A DNA stretch of 64,000 nucleotides from an uncultured bacterium (GTDB lineage Bacteria; Babelota; Babeliae; Babelales; Babelaceae): assembly GCA_963848965.1 (NCBI GenBank), contig CAWKFG010000005.1:1-64000 (forward strand), read 5' to 3'. Under the pieces are notes generated by a model. That model worked only from the letters and a program-made list of their open reading frames with translations, was not told the origin of the DNA and did not search any database. Below are positions 50,714-60,339 of this stretch, one piece after another. A program made the position numbers and the translations under genes. How positions within the stretch are numbered: the first letter of the stretch is position 1; the number at the start of each line of letters is the position of its first letter.

Positions 50714-51535
50714 CTCTATTCTTTTCATATGTCCTTGGGGAATATTAAAGTAGAATGCCAAAAGAAGTTGTACTAGTTCTGGAGCAAAGAGCTGTTTCAA
50801 ATGTTCATAAAGCGGCATGTAGAGCATCATATAGTGTTCATATAACATGTTGGCTATATTTCTATATAGTAGTCCGTTTGTTGAGTCATGGTGTAAAAAC
50901 GCAGCATGATAAAACCTAATAGCACAATCATATGCATAGAGACCTTTATTATTTTTTATAGAAATATCTGCCCCATTTTCTAGCAACAACTTAATCATAG
51001 GTATCTGACGGAACTCAATAGCATACATTAAAGGAGTATCTCCTTCTAAATCTTGGGCGTTAATATCAGCTTTATGTGCAAGTAACATTTTTGCTATCTC
51101 TGTACACCCATACTGAGCACTGCGCATAAGCGGAGTCCTTCCTGCAACATCACGTATATCAACCTGTTTTGCGTATCCTAAAAGCAGGTTTAATAGTTCA
51201 AAATTTACTACTTGTTTTGAAGCTGCAAAATGTAATGGCGCTGCTCCATCTCTATTTTGCTTATCTGCGTTAGCTCCTGCTTCAAGTAATAAACGTATAA
51301 CTTCTGTTCTACAAGCTCCATCGGATTTTGATACTTCCATCGTTAAAGGAGTACCTACATGGCCACAATAATTGAGATCAGAACCTTTGTCTATCCAAGC
51401 TCTAATTTCTTCAACAGTTCTACCAAATCTAATAGCCTCATAAAGCTCATACTTAAGATCTTCTTTGTTCATACAATATAAAACTTCTGAAACAGAAATA
51501 ATTGTTAGCAAAATCAGCATACATTTTTTAATCAT
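50708..51535 (-). CDS. Secreted ankyrin repeat protein with a possible C-terminal F-box-like motif
   Basis: G.TPL ankyrin repeats. C-terminal LFAPELVQLLLAFY. Confidence 0.85.
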   Translation of the reverse strand: MIKKCMLILLTIISVSEVLYCMNKEDLKYELYEAIRFGRTVEEIRAWIDKGSDLNYCGHVGTPLTMEVSKSDGACRTEVIRLLLEAGANADKQNRDGAAPLHFAASKQVVNFELLNLLLGYAKQVDIRDVAGRTPLMRSAQYGCTEIAKMLLAHKADINAQDLEGDTPLMYAIEFRQIPMIKLLLENGADISIKNNKGLYAYDCAIRFYHAAFLHHDSTNGLLYRNIANMLYEHYMMLYMPLYEHLKQLFAPELVQLLLAFYFNIPQGHMKRIEL

Positions 51536-51688
51536 ATTATATTCTTTCAATAAAATTATTTAATACTTTTATATGCTTGTATATCCACTATTATTTAAAT
51601 TCATAGCAAGATAGAAAAGTTATTAAATATATACTTTATATGATTTTTAAAGTTTGTAAATGGTAAAAACTGCACTTTAGTATGGTTT

Positions 51689-52144
51689 CTATTTAACTTT
51701 TTTTTGATGTTTGTCTTTTAAAGCTTGGTACTCAAGATCATTCATAACTTGTTTATATTTTTCGTAAAAGATACGTGCTGACTCCGCCTTTAGAGGATCA
51801 CTATCAATTGGTAATACTTGGGTATGATCTTTATTCCATTTTCTACCTGATTTATGATTTGCATAGCGACGTGCCCGAGTAAATCCCATTTGAAGAAACT
51901 TGCGCGCCATATCCATTCCTACAAAGTCCTTTTGCTTTTTATACTCAAGAAAGAGCTCATAAATCTTATCTGCTGATTGTTTCGCAATGTCTGGTGTCCT
52001 AAAACGCCAATAAGGCAAGATTTCCGATTTATAGGGCTCAACAAGTAAGACCCCTTGTTCCCCTTTACCTATTTGGTAAAGTTCTGGATGCTTTCGAAAA
52101 TCTATTGTTCTATAATCGAGGTTATAATTAAACTTTGCCTTCAT
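51689..52144 (-). CDS. DUF4385 family protein
   Basis: DFRKHPELY.IGKGEQGVLLVEPYKSEILPYWRF and DMARKFLQMGFTRARRYANH. Confidence 0.82.
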   Translation of the reverse strand: MKAKFNYNLDYRTIDFRKHPELYQIGKGEQGVLLVEPYKSEILPYWRFRTPDIAKQSADKIYELFLEYKKQKDFVGMDMARKFLQMGFTRARRYANHKSGRKWNKDHTQVLPIDSDPLKAESARIFYEKYKQVMNDLEYQALKDKHQKKVK

Positions 52145-52259
52145 TAAGATGTTCTCCACTACTGTATAATTTTAATAAAGCTATTATAAAACTCTCTCTA
52201 GCTATAACACTTTACTAGAAAATCTACCGAATCTTCACAAACGGTTAAAACTATAACCT

Positions 52260-52440
52260 GCTACTATAAACCCAAAAATTTTGTAAAATTGATGGTAGAA
52301 ACATCAAATTTATGTGAAAAATGATGATTTAACTAACAAAAATTCAAAGTTTATTGCTATAAAATCAAAAATTCTGTAAAATTGATGATGTAAAGATCAA
52401 ATTTTCATGAAAAATGATGGTATGTATAACAGAATTTTAA
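52260..52440. repeat. Degenerate tandem array of roughly 31-bp quasi-palindromic units with a 93-bp higher-order period
   Basis: AAAATTGATG-N-ATCAAATTT-type units. CTATAAA..CAAAAATT.TGTAAAATTGATG occurs at 52264 and 52357. Confidence 0.7.
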
Positions 52441-53564
52441 AATTACCCCTTGAAGAATCAAATAGTATCTTCTTATTTGGTCCTCGAGGCACAGGAAAAA
52501 CCTCCTGGATTAAAGCACATTTACCAACCGCTTTATATCTCGATCTGCTTGATTTTTCAACATATAGCTCACTTTCTGCTCATCCTAACAGATTGGAGAA
52601 TCTTATTCCTCCACATTATAGAGATTGGATTGTAATCGATGAAGTACAGCGTGTACCAGAATTACTTAACGAAGTACATAGACTCATTGAAAATCGCCAA
52701 CTACGATTTTTGCTCACAGGCTCTAGTGCTAGAAGCTTAAGAAGAAAGGGTGTAAATCTTCTTGCAGGAAGAGCACTTAGATATTACATGCATCCACTTG
52801 TAATTCAAGAAATAGGTGCTGATTTTAACCTTCAACATGCTCTTACCTTTGGATTACTACCTGCAGCAGTAAGCCACTCTGATCCTAAAAGATATCTAGA
52901 AAGCTATGTTCAAACATATTTGCGAGAAGAGATTTTACAAGAAGGGCTTACAAGAAACATTGGAGCATTTACTCGCTTTTTAGAAATTGCTAGCTTTTCT
53001 CAAGGACATGTCTTGAACTTTTCAGAAATAGCACGCGAACTTTCGCTAAACCGACTTATGGTAGCAAGTTACTTTGCAATCCTTGAGGATCTCCTTTTAG
53101 CAGTAAGGCTCCCTACTTTTACTCTACGCGCAAAAAGAAAAATGATCGCTCATGAAAAGTTCTATTTTTTTGATACTGGAGTATACAGAATTTTAAGACC
53201 AATGGGTGCCTTAGATACACAAGAAGAGATAGATGGAGCTACCTTAGAAACTCTTTTTTTACAGTCGCTTAGCGCTATAAATGATTATTTTAACCTCGAC
53301 TATAAAATATATTTTTGGAGAACTTCTACAGGAACTGAAGTAGACTTTGTCATTTATGGACCACATGGTCTCCATGCCTTTGAAATTAAGCGCTCATCAC
53401 AAATTACCAGTAAAAACCTTAAAGGGCTCAAAGAGTTTGGTCAAGACTACCCTGAAGCAAAACTTCATATGCTCTTTCTTGGCAAGCATAAAGAATATCA
53501 TGGATCTATCACCGTTCTACCATTTGAGGAAGCATTAAAGGAATTACCCTCTCTCATACGATAA
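52422..53564 (+). CDS. AAA_14 ATPase + DUF4143 (wHTH, C-terminal PD-(D/E)xK-like)
   Basis: FGPRGTGKT, IDEVQR, LTGSS, LAGRA, KFYFFDTG and EVDFV...FEIK. Confidence 0.88.
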   Translation: MYNRILKLPLEESNSIFLFGPRGTGKTSWIKAHLPTALYLDLLDFSTYSSLSAHPNRLENLIPPHYRDWIVIDEVQRVPELLNEVHRLIENRQLRFLLTGSSARSLRRKGVNLLAGRALRYYMHPLVIQEIGADFNLQHALTFGLLPAAVSHSDPKRYLESYVQTYLREEILQEGLTRNIGAFTRFLEIASFSQGHVLNFSEIARELSLNRLMVASYFAILEDLLLAVRLPTFTLRAKRKMIAHEKFYFFDTGVYRILRPMGALDTQEEIDGATLETLFLQSLSAINDYFNLDYKIYFWRTSTGTEVDFVIYGPHGLHAFEIKRSSQITSKNLKGLKEFGQDYPEAKLHMLFLGKHKEYHGSITVLPFEEALKELPSLIR

Positions 53565-53697
53565 AAATTCATAAAAAGTAAACTATAACCACTCGTAAAA
53601 GCGCTACCAAAAAGCAGCAAACGAACCCTTTTGTGAGCCACTTTTTTGTTTGGTACAATAAAGTGCGTAAAACTTACTCTTTATTCTAGGTTATTGT

Positions 53698-54609
53698 ATG
53701 ATTCATAAAACAAAGAAATGTATGCTTGTGTTAGCTCTTTTGTTTATAAGTAGCACTACACTACTCATATGCCAATCACTGCCTGATAAACAAAGCACTT
53801 TAAAAGAAGAAAAACCACTTATCGTATTTATTCACGGCACCCTCTTTAGTGCATATCGCTGGCTTGTTCATTGGCTCGATTGCCCTTTAGGATTTGCTCC
53901 TGCAACAAAACAAGGCAACAAATATTTTCTTGGACGTATTCCCTATATTTTACACGAAGCAGCACCTGACGCATTTCCTCTTGATTCTTTTTATCTCTAT
54001 GGGTGGAGTGGAAGCCTTAACTTTGATGCACGTAAAAAAGCTGCACACAAACTGTATCATGAGTTAAAAAAACATAAAAGACCGCTTATTGTCATTGCTC
54101 AGAGCCATGGCTGCAATGTAGCTCTCAATCTTGCTCAAATAGCACAAGAGCATAAAGATAGCGAATTTGTTGTAGATAAGTTGGTACTCCTTGCATGTCC
54201 TGTGCAAGAGCATAACGCTCATTGTGTAAAATCACCAGTATTTAAACAGGTATTTTCATTGTATTCTACCAGTGATATTATGCAATGCTTAGATCCCCAA
54301 GGGATGTATAAGAAAACCAAAGAGCTCCTTAAATCGAGCACCAAAAAAGTACCGTTTTTTTCTCAACGGACATTCGAACCAGCACTCAACTTAACACAAG
54401 CACGTATTATACTTAATGGTTCTGGCCCCGCTCATGTTGATTTTATTCTAAAAAAGTTTCTTATTCATCTTCCAAATATTCTTAAAGAGCTCGAAACAGC
54501 TACTTCTACATCACGCATCAAAGAAGAAGAACCTCATTATACTGTTACTATCAAGAAGGATACTGGTACGTATACTATAGAAAATAACCAAGCGACAAAG
54601 AGCAAGTAA
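53698..54609 (+). CDS. Secreted alpha/beta hydrolase
   Basis: VFIHGT and nucleophile elbow IAQSHG. Confidence 0.7.
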   Translation: MIHKTKKCMLVLALLFISSTTLLICQSLPDKQSTLKEEKPLIVFIHGTLFSAYRWLVHWLDCPLGFAPATKQGNKYFLGRIPYILHEAAPDAFPLDSFYLYGWSGSLNFDARKKAAHKLYHELKKHKRPLIVIAQSHGCNVALNLAQIAQEHKDSEFVVDKLVLLACPVQEHNAHCVKSPVFKQVFSLYSTSDIMQCLDPQGMYKKTKELLKSSTKKVPFFSQRTFEPALNLTQARIILNGSGPAHVDFILKKFLIHLPNILKELETATSTSRIKEEEPHYTVTIKKDTGTYTIENNQATKSK

Positions 54610-54676
54610 TTTTCTCTGGTAGAACTTAGGCACTATCTTGAAAGCGCTGAATACTTGCTCTAACTTGTCTAGGTTC

Positions 54677-55744
54677 TTATGCACCACTGCTTACAAGATC
54701 TGTAAGTATAGCACGGCCTGTCCCAACAGTTGGTACACCAGCTTTATTTACCAGTAATACAACTCCCATAGTTTTTCCTGGAACCATAGCTATGTAACTT
54801 GTAAAGCCTGCAGTACCGCCATCTTTATTGATGAATTCTATACCACCTATAATAGGGCGCTGCCAACCAAGCCCTATAGTTAATCCACTATCGACCGGAA
54901 AGAATGGTTGTTGAGCATACTGCATAGCAGATTTAAGCTGGAAAGATCCTATAAGATTTAAGTTAGCTTTAAGAAACTCTTTCATGTCTTTAATAGTTGA
55001 ACGTAATGCCCCGCTTGTGCCAACTCCTGTTGTAGTAAAGCGAGAAGCACTACTACCGTCTTGTTGATACCCTTGGGCATATAACGAAACAAGAGAATTT
55101 GGCACTTGAATAAAAGTGCTTGTCATTTTAAGAGGGGTTAAAATAATAGTTCTTACTGCATCATAAAACTTTTTATGAGTGCGATCCTGTAAAGCATACC
55201 CTAAAAAGACATATCCTACATTAGAATAAAGAAATCTTGTTCCTATAGGATAAGGGGGAGACCATTGAGCAAAAGCATTAACAAGGTCTCTCTCGGAATC
55301 AGCAGATCCTGGAACTATAGTTTCACGTGGTAAACTTGAAGTATGTGTCGCTAGTTGTTGCAAGGTAATAGGATTAAGTTGATTTGGATGAGTTCTAAGA
55401 TAGTCTAAACATTGACGTAATTGACATCCCAAGCGAGCAGTTCCTTGTTGTGCTTCATAAGCTAACCATGTTGAAGTAAATACTTTTGTAAGAGAGCCTA
55501 TTTCAAAAATAGTGTTTGTTGCTATTGGAGTTTGATTGCGTACATGAGCAACTCCAAACGTACGTACATATTCCTTACCTTGGTAATAAAGAGCGACAGC
55601 TACCCCAGGAACTTGATATTGTGCCATAAAAGATTGTACACGTGATGAAATAACATCATTTGGATCTACTGCTGCTTGAACAGTATAAAAAGTAGAATAC
55701 AAATAAAGTATACTGCTTATAAGAAAAATATATTTTTGCTTCAT
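54677..55744 (-). CDS. Class C beta-lactamase-like serine hydrolase
   Basis: FEIGSLTK (SxxK), LATHTS, YSN and NKDGGTAGF. Confidence 0.85.
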   Translation of the reverse strand: MKQKYIFLISSILYLYSTFYTVQAAVDPNDVISSRVQSFMAQYQVPGVAVALYYQGKEYVRTFGVAHVRNQTPIATNTIFEIGSLTKVFTSTWLAYEAQQGTARLGCQLRQCLDYLRTHPNQLNPITLQQLATHTSSLPRETIVPGSADSERDLVNAFAQWSPPYPIGTRFLYSNVGYVFLGYALQDRTHKKFYDAVRTIILTPLKMTSTFIQVPNSLVSLYAQGYQQDGSSASRFTTTGVGTSGALRSTIKDMKEFLKANLNLIGSFQLKSAMQYAQQPFFPVDSGLTIGLGWQRPIIGGIEFINKDGGTAGFTSYIAMVPGKTMGVVLLVNKAGVPTVGTGRAILTDLVSSGA

Positions 55745-55900
55745 GAGGCCCTCTTTAAAAAATTAAGTTGGCGTTTAGTCTAAGCCTACTTAATTTGATT
55801 TGTCAAGCTGTCTCTATAAACTGCTTACATAAAGAATGCTACTAAAATCTAATCTATGGTATACTTACTAGAAAGACTATACCTCTTAACAAAGACTAGT

Positions 55901-56485
55901 ATGGATCCAAAAGCATTTAAACAACAACTTTTAGACAAGTTATATGCGCCCTATAGAAATTGTGTCCAGTGCCCATTAGGATTTCTTGGCCGGAAAAATG
56001 TCGTTTTTGGCGAAGGCAATCCTGATGCAGATCTCCTTTTTGTAGGTGAAGCTCCAGGACGAGATGAGGATCTTCAAGGAAGACCATTTGTTGGAAAATC
56101 AGGCCAGCTACTCAATAGAGTACTTGCTAAAGTTGATATTGCACGCGAAGATGTGTTTATCACAAATATAGTTAAATGCCGCCCTCCTGAAAATAGAGCG
56201 CCAGCCCCTATAGAGATATCAACATGCACAAAACTATTTCTATTTAATCAAATTAAAATAATACGGCCTAAAGTTATTTGCACCCTCGGCTCCATTGCCC
56301 TTAATGCTCTTGCAGAAACACCTCTTCAAATAACAAAAGTACGTGGAAAAATTATTGAACGTGACGGTATGATCATTATTCCTACTTATCACCCCGCTTA
56401 TATATTGAGAAATCAAACACAAGCTCTTGTATGGCTCCAGGACTTCCAGTTCATCAAAGAGCAACTACAGATACGTACCAAGTAA
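55901..56485 (+). CDS. Uracil-DNA glycosylase, family 4
   Basis: C..C.L, VGEAPG, GRPFVG, TNIVKCRPP.NR and TYHPA. Confidence 0.93.
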   Translation: MDPKAFKQQLLDKLYAPYRNCVQCPLGFLGRKNVVFGEGNPDADLLFVGEAPGRDEDLQGRPFVGKSGQLLNRVLAKVDIAREDVFITNIVKCRPPENRAPAPIEISTCTKLFLFNQIKIIRPKVICTLGSIALNALAETPLQITKVRGKIIERDGMIIIPTYHPAYILRNQTQALVWLQDFQFIKEQLQIRTK

Positions 56486-56597
56486 GCGCAAGTACCGCGG
56501 GCTAAAAAATATATATTAGAATTATAAAACAGCCCTCTTTTCTCTTTGGCAACTGAAAAATGGATTTTTCTGATTGAAACAAAAATAAAAATCAAAA

Positions 56598-56915
56598 TGT
56601 GGATAACTTGTGGATAACTTGTGGATAAGTACCCAAAAAAATGTGGATAACTCTTCCATACCATCCCAATACTTTGATTTTATCAAACTATACAGAATGC
56701 CTATCTGTATAGCCTCTTATAATCAGTTTTTTGAATAGAGCAAAAAAGTTATCCACAAGTTATCCACAGGTTATCCACAAGTTATCCACATTGGTATGAA
56801 GCTAGCAAAAGCTTGATTAGATCAAGCTATCCGGTGAGCAAAAAGTGAGTTATCCACATTTTTTTGCTCACCCATTATTATTATATATAATATATATAAT
56901 ATATATAATAGTGGG
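56598..56915. promoter_or_regulatory. oriC: Probable chromosomal replication origin (oriC)
   Basis: TGTGGATAA at 56598, 56609, 56620, 56642. TTATCCACA at 56749, 56760, 56771, 56782, 56850. AT-only TATATATAA repeats at about 56874-56910. Confidence 0.88.
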
Positions 56916-57034
56916 TGGTTACACTATTTGTAACGAACAAAAGATAAGGTCTGAGAAAGCGCCTTCTCTTTTTCAAAAAGGTGTGTTATACTACTTTTGA
57001 GCACTTCACAAATATTAATCTGCTAAGGAACACC

Positions 57035-58099
57035 GTGAAACTTTCACAAGTGATAGATGAACTCGTTGAGGAAAAAGGTTTAGATCGATCTGTATTAAGC
57101 GCTATTATTGCAGAAGGGATGCTTGCTGCTTATAAGAAAAAGTATCCTGATTTACCTCTTAAAGTGACCTATAATCGTAAGATTGATGAGATTGAAGTCT
57201 TTATAGAAAAAGTTGTAGTTAATACGGTACAAGATGACGATACTCAAATAAGCTTGCGTAAAGCACGTTCAATCAAAGAGGATGCTCAGGTAGGAGATAC
57301 ACTTGATCTTCCTTTTGAAGGAACAATAGGTCGTATCGAGATCCTTAAAGCAAAACAAGTTATTGCTCAAAAAATTCGTGCTATAGAGTCATCTGCTGTT
57401 TATCAAGAGTTTAAACCAAAAGAAAATACTATTGTTCATGGTATCATTCACAAGTGTGAGCGTAATGGTATTACAGTAAAATTGCAAGATACTTTTGCCT
57501 TTTTGCCAAAATCGCTTACGATACCTGGAGACAAATGTATTGTAGGATATCCTCTACGTGCTTTGCTTAAAGAAGTTTTACCAGAACCTCGTCATGAAAA
57601 TCAGCTTATTTTAGATAGAACTTCGCCTGAATTTTTAAGAAGGCTTTTTGAACTTGAAGTTCCTGAAATTTTTGAGAAGTTAGTTGAAATTAAAAAAATC
57701 GTTCGTGCTCCTGGCTATAAATCAAAGGTTCTTGTAGTGTCACATGATAAAAATATTGATCCTGTAGGAACTTGTGTAGGTGTTGGCGGAGCTCGTATAA
57801 AGCCTATTTTACGAGAATTAGGTACTGAAAAAATAGATATAATAGCGTTTAACCGCTCTCTTGAAGATTTAATTAGAGATGCTTTAAAACCTGCAGAAGT
57901 CAACCGAGTTGAGCTTGTTGATACAAAAAATGCTCACGTTTGGGTGGATGAAGATCAGCGCTCCATTGCTATTGGTAAAATGGGACAAAATATAGCTTTG
58001 GCTTCAGAGCTTACAGGAATGAATATTCATCTTGTTAAAAACGATACAGAAAAAGCTCAAAATGAACCATTTGAAGAAGAAGTTCAAGTAAATGAATAA
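57035..58099 (+). CDS. nusA: Transcription termination/antitermination factor NusA
   Basis: GTG start after AAGGA. R.PG..SKV.V, DPVGTCVGVGGARI, EKIDII and AIGKMGQN. Confidence 0.95.
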   Translation: MKLSQVIDELVEEKGLDRSVLSAIIAEGMLAAYKKKYPDLPLKVTYNRKIDEIEVFIEKVVVNTVQDDDTQISLRKARSIKEDAQVGDTLDLPFEGTIGRIEILKAKQVIAQKIRAIESSAVYQEFKPKENTIVHGIIHKCERNGITVKLQDTFAFLPKSLTIPGDKCIVGYPLRALLKEVLPEPRHENQLILDRTSPEFLRRLFELEVPEIFEKLVEIKKIVRAPGYKSKVLVVSHDKNIDPVGTCVGVGGARIKPILRELGTEKIDIIAFNRSLEDLIRDALKPAEVNRVELVDTKNAHVWVDEDQRSIAIGKMGQNIALASELTGMNIHLVKNDTEKAQNEPFEEEVQVNE

Positions 58100-58121
58100 T
58101 AATCAAAATAACGGGAAATAA

Positions 58122-60095
58122 ATGGCAATACGAGTTTATGAACTTTCTAAAGAATTAGGCATCTCAAATAAAGAGCTCTTAAAGCTTTTAAAAGACCAAG
58201 GATTTGAGCTTGCAAGTCATATAGCAATTGTACCTGCAGAGGCTATTGAAAAGGTAAAAAATGTCCTTACAAAGCCGGCAGCAAAACAAGAAGAGCCTTT
58301 AGCACAAGCAGCACAACCAGAAGTAGCTCCTCAGAGTAAACCATCTTTGGTGAATAAGCCTGCAAAAGAAAAAGAGAAAGAGCCAGAGGATTCGATTGTA
58401 CTTTCTTCTATGAGTGTAGCCGAAATTGCTCAAAAAGCTCATAAACAAGTAAGCGAAGTAATAATAACCCTTTTAAAACAAGGGATTGTTGTTACAAAAA
58501 ACCAATTACTTCCTGAAAAAATTGTTGCCCAACTAGCACATATCTATGGGCTGAAAGTTGTGGAAAAACCTTCGCAAGCACCAAAAGAAACATCTAGAGG
58601 ACCTCTTGCACCAGCAGTCCAAGAAGGACGTTGGCAAGAAAGACTTCCTATTGTGGTTGTTATTGGGCATGTTGATCATGGTAAGACTACGCTCCTTGAT
58701 TTTATTCGAAAGACTCGTGTTGCTGCAAAAGAAAAGGGTGGAATCACCCAACATTTAGGAGCATATGAGGTACGTACTGAGCAAGGCGGAGTTGTTTTTC
58801 TCGATACACCTGGTCATGAAGCATTCTCTTTGATGCGAGCACGAGGAATTAAAGTTGCAGATATTGCTATCTTAATTGTTGCTGCAGATGATGGTGTAAT
58901 GCCACAAACGCTTGATGCTATTAGGCTTGCTCAAGCAGTAGAATTACCTATCATTGTTGCTATTAACAAGGTAGATAAGGCAACACCTGCTCAGATAGAA
59001 ACAGTCAAAAGACAGCTTGCACAAGTTGATCTTGTTCCTGAAGAATGGGGAGGCACTACTGTCTGTATGCCTATCTCTGCAAAAGTGGGTACAGGAGTTT
59101 CGGAACTTCTTGAAGTTATTGTATTGCAAGCACAGCTTATGGATCTTAAAGCGAATATGTCTATTCCTGCTCGAGGCTATGTGTTAGAATCGAAGCTAGA
59201 AAAAGGGCGTGGTCCGGTAGCTACTGTTATTTGTCATCATGGTATTCTTAAAATAGGGGACTATTTTGTTTCTGGTACCAGACAAGGAAAAGTAAGTTCC
59301 TTAGTAGATAGCTATGGTAAGCGGGTAACTGAGGTTGGACCTTCTACCCCTGTACAAGTAGCAGGCTTTTCAGAACTTCCTCATGCTGGTGATCCTTTTG
59401 AAGTGGTAGCACAAGAATCATTAAAGCGAAGAACAGCTACTCAAACAGTAGAATCTCGTGCTGAAACACTTCTTAAAAAGACATTTGATGGTGAAGCTAT
59501 TCGTCTTATTATTAAATCAGATAATGCTTCTTCTAAAGAAGCTCTTATAAACGCTATTGAAAAACTTTCTGCTAAAGCGCCTAAAAAGTTTGTTGTTGTT
59601 CATGCTGCAGTAGGAGATATCACCGAGAGTGATGTTCTTTTTGCTTCGGATACCCAATCTTCGATTTATGGTTTCCATGTAAAAACTCAGCCAAGTGCGA
59701 CTGCTGCTTTACAGCGACATCCTGTTGCCATAAAACATTTTGATATTATCTATAAGCTTCTTGAAGAGCTTGAGGCCATCGCTGAAGCTGGTAGACCAGT
59801 AGTGACAGTAACGAAAAAAGTTGGTGAAGCTACTGTTATCAAAGTATTTGATATTAAAAATATAGGCAAAATTGCAGGAGCTCAAGTTAAATCAGGCAGA
59901 TTTGTCAAAGATGGTAAGGTTATTGTCTGGCGTGGTAAACAAAAAATTGGTGAAGGCCCTATCAAAGGGCTCCAGCGCGAGCGTAAACCGGTTAAAGAAG
60001 TTCATACAGGCTTTGAGTTTGCCTTTTCTGCAGAAGGATTTGATGCTTGGGAAGTTGATGACCGAGTTGAATGCTTTCAAGAGGTTCCAGCCTAA
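58122..60095 (+). CDS. infB: Translation initiation factor IF-2
   Basis: IRVYELSKELG, GHVDHGKTTLLD, GGITQH, DTPGHEAF and NKVD. Confidence 0.97.
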   Translation: MAIRVYELSKELGISNKELLKLLKDQGFELASHIAIVPAEAIEKVKNVLTKPAAKQEEPLAQAAQPEVAPQSKPSLVNKPAKEKEKEPEDSIVLSSMSVAEIAQKAHKQVSEVIITLLKQGIVVTKNQLLPEKIVAQLAHIYGLKVVEKPSQAPKETSRGPLAPAVQEGRWQERLPIVVVIGHVDHGKTTLLDFIRKTRVAAKEKGGITQHLGAYEVRTEQGGVVFLDTPGHEAFSLMRARGIKVADIAILIVAADDGVMPQTLDAIRLAQAVELPIIVAINKVDKATPAQIETVKRQLAQVDLVPEEWGGTTVCMPISAKVGTGVSELLEVIVLQAQLMDLKANMSIPARGYVLESKLEKGRGPVATVICHHGILKIGDYFVSGTRQGKVSSLVDSYGKRVTEVGPSTPVQVAGFSELPHAGDPFEVVAQESLKRRTATQTVESRAETLLKKTFDGEAIRLIIKSDNASSKEALINAIEKLSAKAPKKFVVVHAAVGDITESDVLFASDTQSSIYGFHVKTQPSATAALQRHPVAIKHFDIIYKLLEELEAIAEAGRPVVTVTKKVGEATVIKVFDIKNIGKIAGAQVKSGRFVKDGKVIVWRGKQKIGEGPIKGLQRERKPVKEVHTGFEFAFSAEGFDAWEVDDRVECFQEVPA

Positions 60096-60339
60096 AATTT
60101 TCTTTACATTTTCTTTCTTACTTCATTACCTTCATTTTCCCCTTTTTTAATTTTTGTTGAAAACTCGGGCTTTTTTTTTACACCTCTTCCGCACAGCAAG
60201 ATGTTGCTTTTTTGTTGTTTTTTACACAAAACAACGCGCTTTTAGAAAAAATGCTGGAAAGCAGCCGTTTTTTTGTTGTTGCAATAAAGAAAATTAAAAA
60301 GTGTGTTGTTTTTTTTATTATTTAGGCCAAACTTAAAAA

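Noticed and set aside
52260..52440. Possible CRISPR array
   Set aside because: The units are degenerate with cores of only about 10 nt, there are no identical repeats separated by unique 30-40 nt spacers, and no cas genes are present.
56413..56664. 83-aa minus-strand ORF
   Set aside because: Translates the DnaA-box repeats (YPH/YPQ) and overlaps the udg end.
56598..56790. 11-bp tandem repeats as a VNTR or plasmid iterons
   Set aside because: Each unit is a perfect DnaA box, there is no rep gene, and the neighbours are chromosomal core genes.
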